Shown piece by piece: positions 10,822 through 20,288 of a DNA stretch of 64,000 nt. Location of the stretch: positions 1 to 64,000 of the forward strand of contig CAZGJX010000009.1 in assembly GCA_964525635.1 (NCBI GenBank), read 5' to 3'. Origin of the DNA: an uncultured archaeon (GTDB lineage Archaea; Asgardarchaeota; Lokiarchaeia; Sigyniarchaeales; SOKP01). Each line of letters starts with the position of its first letter. Position 1 is the first letter of the stretch. Position numbers and translations under genes: made by a program. Under the pieces are notes generated by a model. That model did no database searches. It was not told the DNA's origin and saw only the letters and a list, made by a program, of their open reading frames with translations.

Positions 10822-10924
10822 GCTTCTGTAGTGTAGTTCGGCCAAACTTAATATATTATATATTAAGGACTAGGCATGCGGGGCTTTCACCCCCGTGACC
10901 CGGGTTCAAATCCCGGCAGAAGCA
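10822..10924 (+). tRNA. tRNA-Glu(UUC) with 28-nt D-arm intron (~21/22; 10846-10873)
   Basis: GCTTCTG/CAGAAGC acceptor, anticodon loop CT-TTC-AC, CCGGG-TTCAAAT-CCCGG; intron hairpin CTTAATATA/TATATTAAG. Confidence 0.88.
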
Positions 10925-10938
10925 TACACATATGATAT

Positions 10939-11136
10939 GCCTCCGTAGCTCAGTTAGGTAGAGCATCAGGTCAATTGTAGACTGATCCACCCACAGCACC
11001 CGGCTAAGGTATTTGGATATTACAATACCTCCGGAAGTTAACCGGGTGGTCGCATGTTCGATATTATGCAAAAGTTCTGAGCATAACGAGTCCCATATAA
11101 TATTTGATTTACAGATATTAGAGAAAGCCGGGGGCG
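10939..11136 (+). tRNA. tRNA-Asn(GUU) with four non-canonical introns (10962-10994, 11006-11036, 11063-11092, 11097-11126)
   Basis: Exons join to a 74-nt cloverleaf GCCTCCG TA GCTC AGTTAGGTA GAGC A CCCGG CTGTTAA CCGGG TGGTC GCATG TTCGATC CATGC CGGGGGC G; each intron has an internal stem and BHB-like geometry. Confidence 0.85.
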
Positions 11137-11247
11137 CTATATTTTTTTTAATTATCTTGATTTAAACTCAATTATATTATTTTGATAATTATATCTAATA
11201 ATTTCTATAATAAGTTTTAATAAATTTGAATATCATATAATAATTAT

Positions 11248-11664
11248 ATGGTCTATAAGGTAATATTTAAAGGTTCTAATAAGATTGAAAAAGAAAAGTT
11301 GAGTTTGACTTTTAAAGAAATATCTTTTAATTCAACTCTTAAAATACCTAATAATTATTTAAAAGAACTAAAGAAAAAAAAAAATCAACAAATTATTACT
11401 TTTCAGAATATTGATGCCGTATTAAAATTTGGATCAGATAGTTCTATTCCTAATTTTAACTATTATCATGTAGTTCTTTTTTTACATAAAAAAAGAAGAT
11501 ATGGATTTTTAATTGGTAATTTAATACAAAAAGGAGACATTATAATTGGAGTTTGGCCTTTTAATAGAGAATTAACCCAAGATTCTTTAAAAAATTTAAT
11601 TAATACTTATGAAGATCTTATAGATAATCCACAGAATTATCAAGAAATTTGCATAATTAATTAA
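11248..11664 (+). CDS. Hypothetical protein
   Basis: 138-aa ORF with normal gene spacing; no motif recognised. Confidence 0.6.
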   Translation: MVYKVIFKGSNKIEKEKLSLTFKEISFNSTLKIPNNYLKELKKKKNQQIITFQNIDAVLKFGSDSSIPNFNYYHVVLFLHKKRRYGFLIGNLIQKGDIIIGVWPFNRELTQDSLKNLINTYEDLIDNPQNYQEICIIN

Positions 11665-11687
11665 TATAGGATTAAAAAATTGAGAAA

Positions 11688-13418
11688 TTAGACATCAATT
11701 TCATTTATCATTCTTTCCAGTTCCTCATTTACATCTAATTCTTTAAAATCATATACAGAGATCTCATAAGAATTGGAAAAATCACTAAATTTTGCTTTTC
11801 CTCTTATTATTATATCCATGCCAACTAGTTTATTCGATAAAGTTTCTAAAAAAGTGTTAAAATCAGGTGTATTAATAATTTTACAAATAATTTCTGTTTT
11901 TTCTTTAATTAATTCTTCTGCTTGTTTTCCTACGAATACTGTCCTAATTGTACTTGTACCATCATCAATAATTAAATTAAAAATCATTCGATTTACTGAA
12001 TCTCCTATTTCTTCACAAACACAATTACTTGTTTTTCTATTACATTTTGAACATGCTTGATAAATTGTGATATTATTGAGATCTTTTACAATAACTCCTT
12101 TGATTTCATATAATCCAGGGGAATTAATATCTTTAATACTTATATATTCTCCAGTATAAGAGGATGTGATACTTTGTGTTTGTTCTAATTCTAATTCCTT
12201 AAGATTTTTAATTTCTAGATTTATAAATTCTAATTCTGAATTTGGTAAGAATGATATTTCCTTTCTCTTTGAATAATCATTATATTTTAATAATACATTT
12301 TTCAAAAAAACGCCTTGACCCATTTCGAGAAGATTTGAATATTCTTCAGCAGAATCTCTCCACAATGTTATTCTAATCCCATCTGTGTCATCACTTACCA
12401 CAAAACTTAATAATGAGACTTCATCTCCTGATCTTAGATTAATTTTCTTTAGATTATCGATTGATGAGATGATACCTTTAAAGGAAACCATATCATTTCT
12501 CTCTTGTAGTAATTTTATTTTTTTCACAATATTTTCATTAATTTTAATTTCTTTTTCTATTTTTGAAATTTCTGAATTAAAAGTTGCCATAAGGTCAATT
12601 TGATTTGGATCTAATCTATTTTGTCTTGGATTTAGATTTGTAATACAAATAACATCATTTACTTTAATATCATTTAAGATTTCTGTCTTATCATCCCAAA
12701 AAGTAATTCTCATACTCTTTGTAGGATCACTCAAATATATAGAAGATACTTTTCCTATATTTCCATCTTTTTTCTCAAATTCATTAATTTTATTTTTTTG
12801 AATAACTATTCCCTCAACAGAAATTAATCTTTGTGATAGATTTATTTCACCTATGGGAACTATTTGTTTATTAGTTATTTTTGGATATTTCTTGTAATCA
12901 ATATCATTTGGAGATAAAATAATCTTTCCTAATTTACCTATATGTACTTCTACGCCAAATTTACCTTCTTTAGCATATCCATTTATAATCTTAACTAGTT
13001 CATTTATATTAAAATTATTATTTTTTAAGATTTCTGCTTGTTCATCCCATAAGACTATTCTGATATCTCCTGATTTATCATTTAATAGAAAAGATCCCAC
13101 TTTTCCTTCTTCTCCATCTTTTTTGTTAAAAGTGGATATTCTATAAACATCTTTAATTCTTCCAATTAAAGCAATATTTCTCATGTTTGGATTTATATCT
13201 TGAATATTTATCTCTATATCTTCTAAAAATTCACTATTTTGATCCTTAACATCTACTCCTAGCTCTTTTGCTATAATAAATAGAGCACCCTCATCAGAAA
13301 TTAATCCCTTTAACTCTTCTTTCTTTTCTTGGACTTTTTTTTCTATTTCATCTTTGTGTAATCCAGTTTCTTCAATAATCTTTCTAACATAAACATCAAT
13401 TTTCATATTTACTCCCAT
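11688..13418 (-). CDS. rpa: Replication protein A (multi-OB-fold ssDNA-binding protein with Zn finger)
   Basis: N-terminal GLISDEGALFIIAKELGV, repeated OB folds (D.SG.IRIVLW), YQACSKCNRK..C.C. Confidence 0.9.
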   Translation of the reverse strand: MGVNMKIDVYVRKIIEETGLHKDEIEKKVQEKKEELKGLISDEGALFIIAKELGVDVKDQNSEFLEDIEINIQDINPNMRNIALIGRIKDVYRISTFNKKDGEEGKVGSFLLNDKSGDIRIVLWDEQAEILKNNNFNINELVKIINGYAKEGKFGVEVHIGKLGKIILSPNDIDYKKYPKITNKQIVPIGEINLSQRLISVEGIVIQKNKINEFEKKDGNIGKVSSIYLSDPTKSMRITFWDDKTEILNDIKVNDVICITNLNPRQNRLDPNQIDLMATFNSEISKIEKEIKINENIVKKIKLLQERNDMVSFKGIISSIDNLKKINLRSGDEVSLLSFVVSDDTDGIRITLWRDSAEEYSNLLEMGQGVFLKNVLLKYNDYSKRKEISFLPNSELEFINLEIKNLKELELEQTQSITSSYTGEYISIKDINSPGLYEIKGVIVKDLNNITIYQACSKCNRKTSNCVCEEIGDSVNRMIFNLIIDDGTSTIRTVFVGKQAEELIKEKTEIICKIINTPDFNTFLETLSNKLVGMDIIIRGKAKFSDFSNSYEISVYDFKELDVNEELERMINEIDV

Positions 13419-13528
13419 TGAAATTTATACTCTTCTTTTTTGTAAAGGATACTAGAATTTATTACTTAAAAATCCAATTATTTATTTGTTAATTAAATTA
13501 AACTATTTTTAATTAGAAAGTGTGTGCC

Positions 13529-13800
13529 TTGAACTACCCCCACCTAAAGGTGTTGGATTCGTAATTCATCGAAACGAGCTCAATGAATTGTTTGAGTCTT
13601 ATAGTTTCTCCAAACGTTTGACATCCCGTAGTTCCTACGGTAGAATTATGATGCATTATTGGTTATCTAATTTATCATCACTATTTATTACAGAGAATTA
13701 CTTTTATTTAAAGATAGGGTGTGAGAGAAATTACTGATTTTCAAATCATTTTACTACAAAATTCATCCCATCCCTAACTAATGAAATGTGTATTCTTATG
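13529..13800 (-). mobile_element. Non-autonomous IS200/IS605-type element (ends only)
   Basis: TTGAACTACCCCCACC-TAAA-GGTG end like that at 9015; degenerate AATTCATCCCATCCCTAA..TATTCTT other end; internal hairpin CCGTAG-TTC-CTACGG. Confidence 0.6.
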
Positions 13801-13924
13801 TTTTTATGAAAAATATAATATGATAGAATAAATTAATTTTTTAATACATATAAAGATTAAAATTTGAAAATTTAATGATTTACTATATTAAAAATACTTT
13901 TAATTAAATATATCACCAAATATT

Positions 13925-14662
13925 ATGTCAAACTTTGAAATTATTCCTGTAATTGATATATTAAATTCTAAAGCAGTCCATGCAGTTAAAGGAGAAAGAT
14001 CAAAATATAAGCCACTTAAATCTTATTTATTTAATTCTAATTATCCCAAAGAAATAATTAAAATACTTAAAATTAAAGTTAATTTTCCTAAATTTTATAT
14101 TGCCGATTTAGATGCTATTATGAATAAGAGACCAAACATAGAATTAATAACCGAAATCTCTATGGACTTAAAAATAAAGATATTATTAGACTCTGGTATT
14201 GAAAACAGGGGTGATCTTAAAAAATATATTAATTTAGGAATCCATAAATTAATATTTGGTTTAGAAACGATTCTAGATTATAATACAATAACGGCAGGGC
14301 TTCAAATTTTAGGAAAAAACCGAATAATTGTTAGCATTGATATGTACAATGGAAAAATCATCTCAAAAAATGAAGAAATAAAAAATAGAGGAATTATTAA
14401 GGTTATTCAAAAAATAGAAGATTTAGGTGTTAGAGAGATCATTCTTCTAGACTTATTTAGGATTGGTCAAAAATTGGGTGGAATTCCAAAATTATATGAT
14501 AATATCAAAAGAGAATTTCACGGAAAGATCTATGTTGGAGGAGGTATTAAAGATATAAATGATATTAAATTATATATTCGAAGAGAATTTTCAGGCGTAT
14601 TGATTGGAACGGCTTTATACGATGGAACAATTAATATAAATGAACTAAAATCTATTATGTAG
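13925..14662 (+). CDS. HisA/HisF-related TIM-barrel protein
   Basis: IIPVIDI..AVHAVKGER..YKP, YIADLDAI, VGGGIK, GVLIGTAL. Confidence 0.85.
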   Translation: MSNFEIIPVIDILNSKAVHAVKGERSKYKPLKSYLFNSNYPKEIIKILKIKVNFPKFYIADLDAIMNKRPNIELITEISMDLKIKILLDSGIENRGDLKKYINLGIHKLIFGLETILDYNTITAGLQILGKNRIIVSIDMYNGKIISKNEEIKNRGIIKVIQKIEDLGVREIILLDLFRIGQKLGGIPKLYDNIKREFHGKIYVGGGIKDINDIKLYIRREFSGVLIGTALYDGTININELKSIM

Positions 14663-15199
14663 TTAATCGATAATTATTTGTCCAATGGATGAGAGATCTA
14701 AAGATTTTTTGCAAACGGGGCAATTATGTTTCATTTTAATCCAATCCAAAATATGATCTTTATGAGCTTTAGCTCCACATAAAGGACAACCTGAAACATC
14801 GTCAAAAATCTCAATATTTTTTCCACAGACTGAACATTTTGCTTTAGATTCAGTAGAGATTAAAACAGCGTTCTTTCTTAAGTCTAAATATACACTTTCT
14901 GTATTTTCTGAAGTAGGATTTATGTTCTTCAATTCAGACCTAGTATCTACACAAAAAATTGTCCCTACTGTGTCATCTTTTCTATTTCCTATCCATACTA
15001 TTTTTCCCTTGAAATAAGAAGACCCTTGTTTTAATAACAATAATTCTAAAGATCTATCTTCCATTACATAGGTTTGTATCACTTTAGTATAAGGAAGATT
15101 TAAATGTGTAGATATTTTTTTAATTACTTCTATAGGTTCCTTAAAAACCTCCTCAGTAATATCAATTTTTGTTTCTTCTTTGGGTGACATAATTACCAA
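14663..15199 (-). CDS. RING-variant zinc finger protein
   Basis: C-terminal CSVC..CPLC..H..H..W....NCPVC. Confidence 0.75.
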   Translation of the reverse strand: MVIMSPKEETKIDITEEVFKEPIEVIKKISTHLNLPYTKVIQTYVMEDRSLELLLLKQGSSYFKGKIVWIGNRKDDTVGTIFCVDTRSELKNINPTSENTESVYLDLRKNAVLISTESKAKCSVCGKNIEIFDDVSGCPLCGAKAHKDHILDWIKMKHNCPVCKKSLDLSSIGQIIID

Positions 15200-15459
15200 A
15201 AAATTGTTATAATTATTTTAAAAGAATTTTATATATAATAATAATGATAGAATTTAAATCTTTGAGAAAAATATATTAAAGTTTTTTTTCAATTAATTAT
15301 TTGTTAAAATAACTTATTGATTAAAATACATCTCAATATATTAATTTGTTTTAGATTTTTAAGAGAAAAAGTCTCATAGTAAAAGTATTTCTTTAATATA
15401 TAATATAATATAATATAATAATATTCTAATATTTCAATTACCTTCATTAATGAGAATTT

Positions 15460-16191
15460 ATGGATAAAAATATTAAATTATTGGTTAGTCCAGAAAATAC
15501 ATATGAAGCAAGGATAGTAATTAATGCTGGTGTGGAGTATATTGATTGTAAAAATCCAAAGGAGGGATCACTAGGAGCAAATTTTCCATGGATTATTCAA
15601 GAAATGAAAAATCTTATTCCTAAAAATAGTATACAATACTTAAGTGCAACTATTGGAGATTTTCCAAATTTACCTGGTTCAGCATCTCTAGCGGCATTAG
15701 GTGCAGCAGTTTCTGGAGCAGATATTATAAAAATAGGATTAAAAGGGCCAAAAAATAAAGAACAAGCTATCTACCTTATGCAAAAAGTTATTAAAGCAGT
15801 AAAAAATTATAATAACTCAATTAAAATAGTAACCGCAGGTTATGCAGACTATACCAGATTAGATGATGCATTGGATTTTCTAGCTATTCCTGAAATTGCG
15901 GGCAAATCAGGTTCAGAAATTGCTATGCTTGATACCTACATAAAAGATGAAAAGAATATATTTAATTTCTTAGATGTTAATCAATTATTAAAATTTGTTG
16001 AAGAAGCAAAGAAATATAATCTTGAAACCGCTCTAGCAGGAAATTTAAGAATTACTGACATATCTAAAATAAAAAAGATATCCCCAAATATTATTGGTGT
16101 TAGAAGTGCTGTTTGTGATGGATTCGATCGCAATAATGGAAAAATTCAACATGACCGCATAATAGAATTAAAACAGGAACTTATGAAGTGA
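15460..16191 (+). CDS. mfnB: (5-formylfuran-3-yl)methyl phosphate synthase (methanofuran biosynthesis)
   Basis: LLVSP, DCKNPKEGSLGANFPW, SATIGD, MLDT..KD, GVRSAVC. Confidence 0.92.
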   Translation: MDKNIKLLVSPENTYEARIVINAGVEYIDCKNPKEGSLGANFPWIIQEMKNLIPKNSIQYLSATIGDFPNLPGSASLAALGAAVSGADIIKIGLKGPKNKEQAIYLMQKVIKAVKNYNNSIKIVTAGYADYTRLDDALDFLAIPEIAGKSGSEIAMLDTYIKDEKNIFNFLDVNQLLKFVEEAKKYNLETALAGNLRITDISKIKKISPNIIGVRSAVCDGFDRNNGKIQHDRIIELKQELMK

Positions 16192-16197
16192 TTAACA

Positions 16198-16731
16198 ATG
16201 GTAAATGAAAAAAAAAATAAAAAAATAGAAATAAAAATGGCAGAAAATGAAACTTTATATGATCTTTATTTATGTGCAAAAGATCATCTTGACGTAATAG
16301 ATGACTTTAAAATAAAATTCTTAAAAAAGGAATATTTTATTTTGACTGCTTATAATAATAACATATTAGTTGGAATTTTAATTGCTGAGGATAAAAGTAA
16401 GAAAATAGATTGTCTAAGAAAAATTGTTCCTAATTTATGCATCCATCTATTATATGTTAATAAGAATTATCGTAATGAGGGATTAGGAAAAAGATTGATA
16501 AATACACTTATTATGATTCTTATTAATAAAGGATTTGCCTCAATTTATGTTAAATTGCCAGAAAAAAATAAAAAAGGAATAAATTTTTTCTTAAATAATG
16601 AATTTTTAGAGAATCATTTTCAACAGGTAGGTAAAATGAATAATAAAGTATTATTAGAACTGCATTTATGGAATGATTATGGAGTATCAAATTGTCAGAT
16701 GATCCAATTGGATTCATTTGCTCTATATTAA
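16198..16731 (+). CDS. GNAT acetyltransferase
   Basis: LYVNKNYRNEGLGKRL acetyl-CoA motif A. Confidence 0.8.
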   Translation: MVNEKKNKKIEIKMAENETLYDLYLCAKDHLDVIDDFKIKFLKKEYFILTAYNNNILVGILIAEDKSKKIDCLRKIVPNLCIHLLYVNKNYRNEGLGKRLINTLIMILINKGFASIYVKLPEKNKKGINFFLNNEFLENHFQQVGKMNNKVLLELHLWNDYGVSNCQMIQLDSFALY

Positions 16732-16769
16732 AATAATTTTAAAATAAAAAAAGTTGAAGTGATTTAGTA

Positions 16770-17570
16770 TTGTTTGAAAAAGAACTTGGAATAATTGGTA
16801 TTGGAAAAATGGGAAAAACATTGTTAGAAGGAGCTTTAAAGATAATTGAAAAAGAAAACATAATTATATATGATATAAATAAAAATCTTCTTGAGCAACA
16901 GGTTAGTAATTATAAGGTTACTCAAGCAACTTCTAATTCTGATTTAATTAAAAAATCAAAAATAATTTTAATTGCTGTACTTCCACAAGTAATAGATAAT
17001 GTATTAAAAGAAATTGCTGCTGATCTACAGGATAACCATATTATAATTTCTATTGCAGCAGGGATTTCTATTGATTATATATATAAATACATAAAAAAAG
17101 AAATAGGAATTGTCAGGGTCATGCCAAATACTCCTGCATTAGTAGGAGAGGGTGCAACTGCTTTAAGTCATAATAATAAACTATCTGAAGTAGATTTAAA
17201 TTGGGTAAAACAACTTTTCCAAGCAGTAGGTATTGTAGTACAATTAGATGAAAAACATTTGGACGCCGTTACTGGATTATCTGGTAGTGGTCCTGCATAT
17301 ATATTTATTATAATTGAGGCTTTAGCTGATGGAGGGGTCAAAATGGGGCTTCCTCGTGATACTGCTATAAAACTGGCAACTCAGACGGTTTTGGGTGCGG
17401 CAAAAATGGTATTAAGTACAGGAATGCATCCTGCAGCGTTAAAAGATAAAGTTGCAAGTCCAGGAGGAACTACTATTACTGCAATACATCAACTTGAGTT
17501 ATCAAAATTAAGAGCAGCATTAATTTCTGCTGTTGAGGCTGCAACATTAAAATCAAGATCTATGAAATAA
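16770..17570 (+). CDS. proC: Pyrroline-5-carboxylate reductase
   Basis: GIGKMG, RVMPNTP, TGLSGSGPAY, SPGGTT. Confidence 0.96.
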   Translation: MFEKELGIIGIGKMGKTLLEGALKIIEKENIIIYDINKNLLEQQVSNYKVTQATSNSDLIKKSKIILIAVLPQVIDNVLKEIAADLQDNHIIISIAAGISIDYIYKYIKKEIGIVRVMPNTPALVGEGATALSHNNKLSEVDLNWVKQLFQAVGIVVQLDEKHLDAVTGLSGSGPAYIFIIIEALADGGVKMGLPRDTAIKLATQTVLGAAKMVLSTGMHPAALKDKVASPGGTTITAIHQLELSKLRAALISAVEAATLKSRSMK

Positions 17571-17574
17571 ATTA

Positions 17575-18528
17575 TTATAAAATCCTTAATCCTTGATCAT
17601 TGATTTCTAGATTATATATTTTATCTATTTTTTGAAATGAATTAATTTGCTCTATTACCTTCTTTTCATCCTTTTTTTTACAAATTGCAAAAATAGAATT
17701 TCCTAATTGATTCATACTAGCTCCTAAAATATTTTGCTTATTAAGAAGTGAAATTAATTCTTTTATTTTGGGTAGATCTAGAATATCAAGAAGGTTAGTT
17801 TTTTCAATAAATTCTAATGATAATTTCATAAATGTTTTTATATTGGAATTCTTTAAAAATTTTATAAATACTTCATTTCCAATATCTATAATTAGAGAAC
17901 GTACAATTTCATCAGATAAAATGGACTTTGTTGAAATCTTACCAAAGGAAGTTGTGATAATCCTAATATCCTTTGGTATAACAATTCGTTGGCAAAGACA
18001 AGGATATCCCGCTTTCTTTAAAATAGTTAATCCTGGATTTAATTGACCACAAACCGTTCCTAAACCTGTCTTATTTATAACTTCAGAAATATGAGCTATT
18101 CTTCCACATTCAAGAGGAGGTAAATTTAAATTCAATAGTTTATTTAATCCAAATATGGCTCCTAAAGCACCTGAACCACTGGCACCATAACCACATTCCA
18201 CAGGTAACTCAAATTCATGATAAATTTCTATTATCTTTGGATTAATTATTAGATTTTTAATATAATTAAAAATAAAATATGATGTTCCTGCTCTCTCATC
18301 CAATTGTTCATTATTAATATATATATAACAAACTGAATCTTGATCTTGCTCTAAAGGTTTGCAAATTATTTTTGTAGTACCATTTACACTTAAGGTAAAA
18401 CCTACTCCTCGAGAACCTTTAGCTTCTGGATTATTAAATTTAAAATGTTCTCTCTCATTAACGATTTCAAAAAAACCAGTTATTCTATGTGGAACTTTAA
18501 CAATTATTTCTTCAGTTTGCTCTTTCAT
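17575..18528 (-). CDS. Pantoate kinase (GHMP family)
   Basis: VPHRITGFF, GSRGVG, LPVECGYGASGSGALG, TGLGTV, SMNQLG. Confidence 0.85.
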   Translation of the reverse strand: MKEQTEEIIVKVPHRITGFFEIVNEREHFKFNNPEAKGSRGVGFTLSVNGTTKIICKPLEQDQDSVCYIYINNEQLDERAGTSYFIFNYIKNLIINPKIIEIYHEFELPVECGYGASGSGALGAIFGLNKLLNLNLPPLECGRIAHISEVINKTGLGTVCGQLNPGLTILKKAGYPCLCQRIVIPKDIRIITTSFGKISTKSILSDEIVRSLIIDIGNEVFIKFLKNSNIKTFMKLSLEFIEKTNLLDILDLPKIKELISLLNKQNILGASMNQLGNSIFAICKKKDEKKVIEQINSFQKIDKIYNLEINDQGLRIL

Positions 18529-18598
18529 GAATCTTAATAAGTTATATTAAATAATTTAATATAATTAAAAGAAAAATCAATTTAAAATAAGGATATCT

Positions 18599-19309
18599 AT
18601 GGTTAAAAATAATATTGTCATTAAGATTGGAGGTTCTTTATTATTTAATCAAAATAAAAATATCGATGCGGAAAAGATAATAAATATCTGTAACATTATT
18701 AAAAACAATGAGAATTATGATATAATTGTAATAATTATAGGAGGAGGAATTATCGCAAGAGAGTATATTAATTTTATTAGAAAATCTACTCAAAATGAAG
18801 CATTATCTGATCTCATTGGAATTAAAGTTTCTAGACTAAATGCAGAGCTAATTATTTCCTATTTAGGTAATATAGCCTATCCTATTGTTCCTCAAACATT
18901 GGAGGAATTGTCTATAGCTTTATTACATAATAAAATAGTTGTGATTGGAGGACTTCAACCAGGTCAATCTACTACATCCGTAGCTCTAGAAGTTGCAGAA
19001 TTTATTAACTCGAGTCAAGTTGTTATTCTTACTGATGTCGATGGGATCTATAATAAAGACCCTAAAAAAAATAAAGATGCAGAAATAATTAAAACTCTCA
19101 ATTATAAGGAATTAAATAATTTAATTATCAATAATTCAAAAAGTAGTCAAGCAGCTGCTGGGGAATATCGAATTCTTGATGCTGTATCTTTACAAATTAT
19201 AAAAAGGAGTAATATTAAAGTATATCTTGGTTCAGGATTAAAATTAAATAAGTTTAAGAAATTCTGGAATGGAGAACTTGAAAATTTCGGAACTATAATT
19301 TCTAATTAA
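18599..19309 (+). CDS. pyrH: UMP kinase
   Basis: KIGGS, GGGIIAREY, GGLQPGQST, TDVDGIY. Confidence 0.93.
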   Translation: MVKNNIVIKIGGSLLFNQNKNIDAEKIINICNIIKNNENYDIIVIIIGGGIIAREYINFIRKSTQNEALSDLIGIKVSRLNAELIISYLGNIAYPIVPQTLEELSIALLHNKIVVIGGLQPGQSTTSVALEVAEFINSSQVVILTDVDGIYNKDPKKNKDAEIIKTLNYKELNNLIINNSKSSQAAAGEYRILDAVSLQIIKRSNIKVYLGSGLKLNKFKKFWNGELENFGTIISN

Positions 19310-19386
19310 AAATTATAATAAATTTTTTTTAGCATTTTAGATTTAATCAAATTAGAATAAATCTTATATAATTGTGATATTAAGTT

Positions 19387-19623
19387 ATGTCTCATTCCTC
19401 ATGGAAAGATCAAATTGAAAAGAAATGGGGCCCTCATAGACATTGTCCAATATGTGGAAAAGCGATGGCCTCTGAAAGAAGATTTTGCAGTCAAGGTTGT
19501 AATGATAATTATTTAACTCAAGAAAAAAAACATAAAAAGAAAGGAAGAACTCAAATGATTTGCCTTGTTGCTATGATTGGAGTGCTAGTTATTTTTATGA
19601 TCATACCAATGTTTTTTGGTTAA
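19387..19623 (+). CDS. DUF2116-like Zn-ribbon membrane protein
   Basis: PHRHCPICG..FCSQGC followed by a C-terminal TM helix. Confidence 0.75.
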   Translation: MSHSSWKDQIEKKWGPHRHCPICGKAMASERRFCSQGCNDNYLTQEKKHKKKGRTQMICLVAMIGVLVIFMIIPMFFG

Positions 19624-19681
19624 GATAATTACACATAAGCAATCTATCTAAATAATTTTTAAAGTTAATCTATTATTTTTA

Positions 19682-19826
19682 GCAGGGATAACCAAGCCTG
19701 GTCAACGGTGCCGGACATTATTGAGAATTTCTATTCTCTCGAACTGGATTCAAGATCTATTAATTAAACCGTTGATGAGACATCCGGTCTTATAGAAGTA
19801 CGTGGGTTCGAATCCCACTCCCTGCA
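19682..19826 (+). tRNA. tRNA-Leu(CAA) with two introns (32/33: 19717-19749; 37/38: 19755-19781)
   Basis: GCAGGGA/TCCCTGC-A acceptor, CCGGA/TCCGG anticodon stem, BHB helices CCGG/CTGG and CTCA/TGAG, T-arm GTGGG-TTCGAAT-CCCAC. Confidence 0.88.
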
Positions 19827-19905
19827 TTCTAAAATCTCTAATTATAAAATATTCTAATTCATTTTTAATTCTTATTAAAAGAATGAATTAATATTATCTC
19901 TGAAA

Positions 19906-20265
19906 TTAATTTACTGTTATTTTTTTTAATTTATTATCTAAAACCTCTATAATCGGTTTAGTAATCTCTACTTCTTCCTTCTTAGTTTTTAAAAATAATA
20001 AAACCAAGACAGGAGCTTTTAAAATATATGAAATTTTTTTAGAAATAATAGAACTCAATAACCTTTTATGCATTCCAAATAAATTGTATGATGATGATGT
20101 AGATTTTAATCCTTCCATAGCTGGTGGACTGCTTAAAGTAACATCTCCAATACCAAATTCTTTTTGATCAGATACTAATGTTAGATAACTTTTATATAAG
20201 TGAAAAATTTCAATATATATAGTCACATCCTCTATTTGAACACTTTCACTAAGGAGTTTTTTCAT
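19906..20265 (-). CDS. Proteasome assembly chaperone PAC3/PAC4-like protein (tentative)
   Basis: Size and pattern (GIGDVTLSSP..SSYNLFG..KKIS...KAPVLVLL) resemble the PAC4 family. Confidence 0.45.
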   Translation of the reverse strand: MKKLLSESVQIEDVTIYIEIFHLYKSYLTLVSDQKEFGIGDVTLSSPPAMEGLKSTSSSYNLFGMHKRLLSSIISKKISYILKAPVLVLLFLKTKKEEVEITKPIIEVLDNKLKKITVN

Positions 20266-20288
20266 CTTAACATGTATTTTCTTTTTAG

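Noticed and set aside
10856-11071. 71-aa minus-strand ORF
   Set aside because: Antisense shadow of the tRNA-Glu and tRNA-Asn genes
13522-13737. 71-aa plus-strand ORF
   Set aside because: Lies inside the IS-end mini-element and has no protein motif
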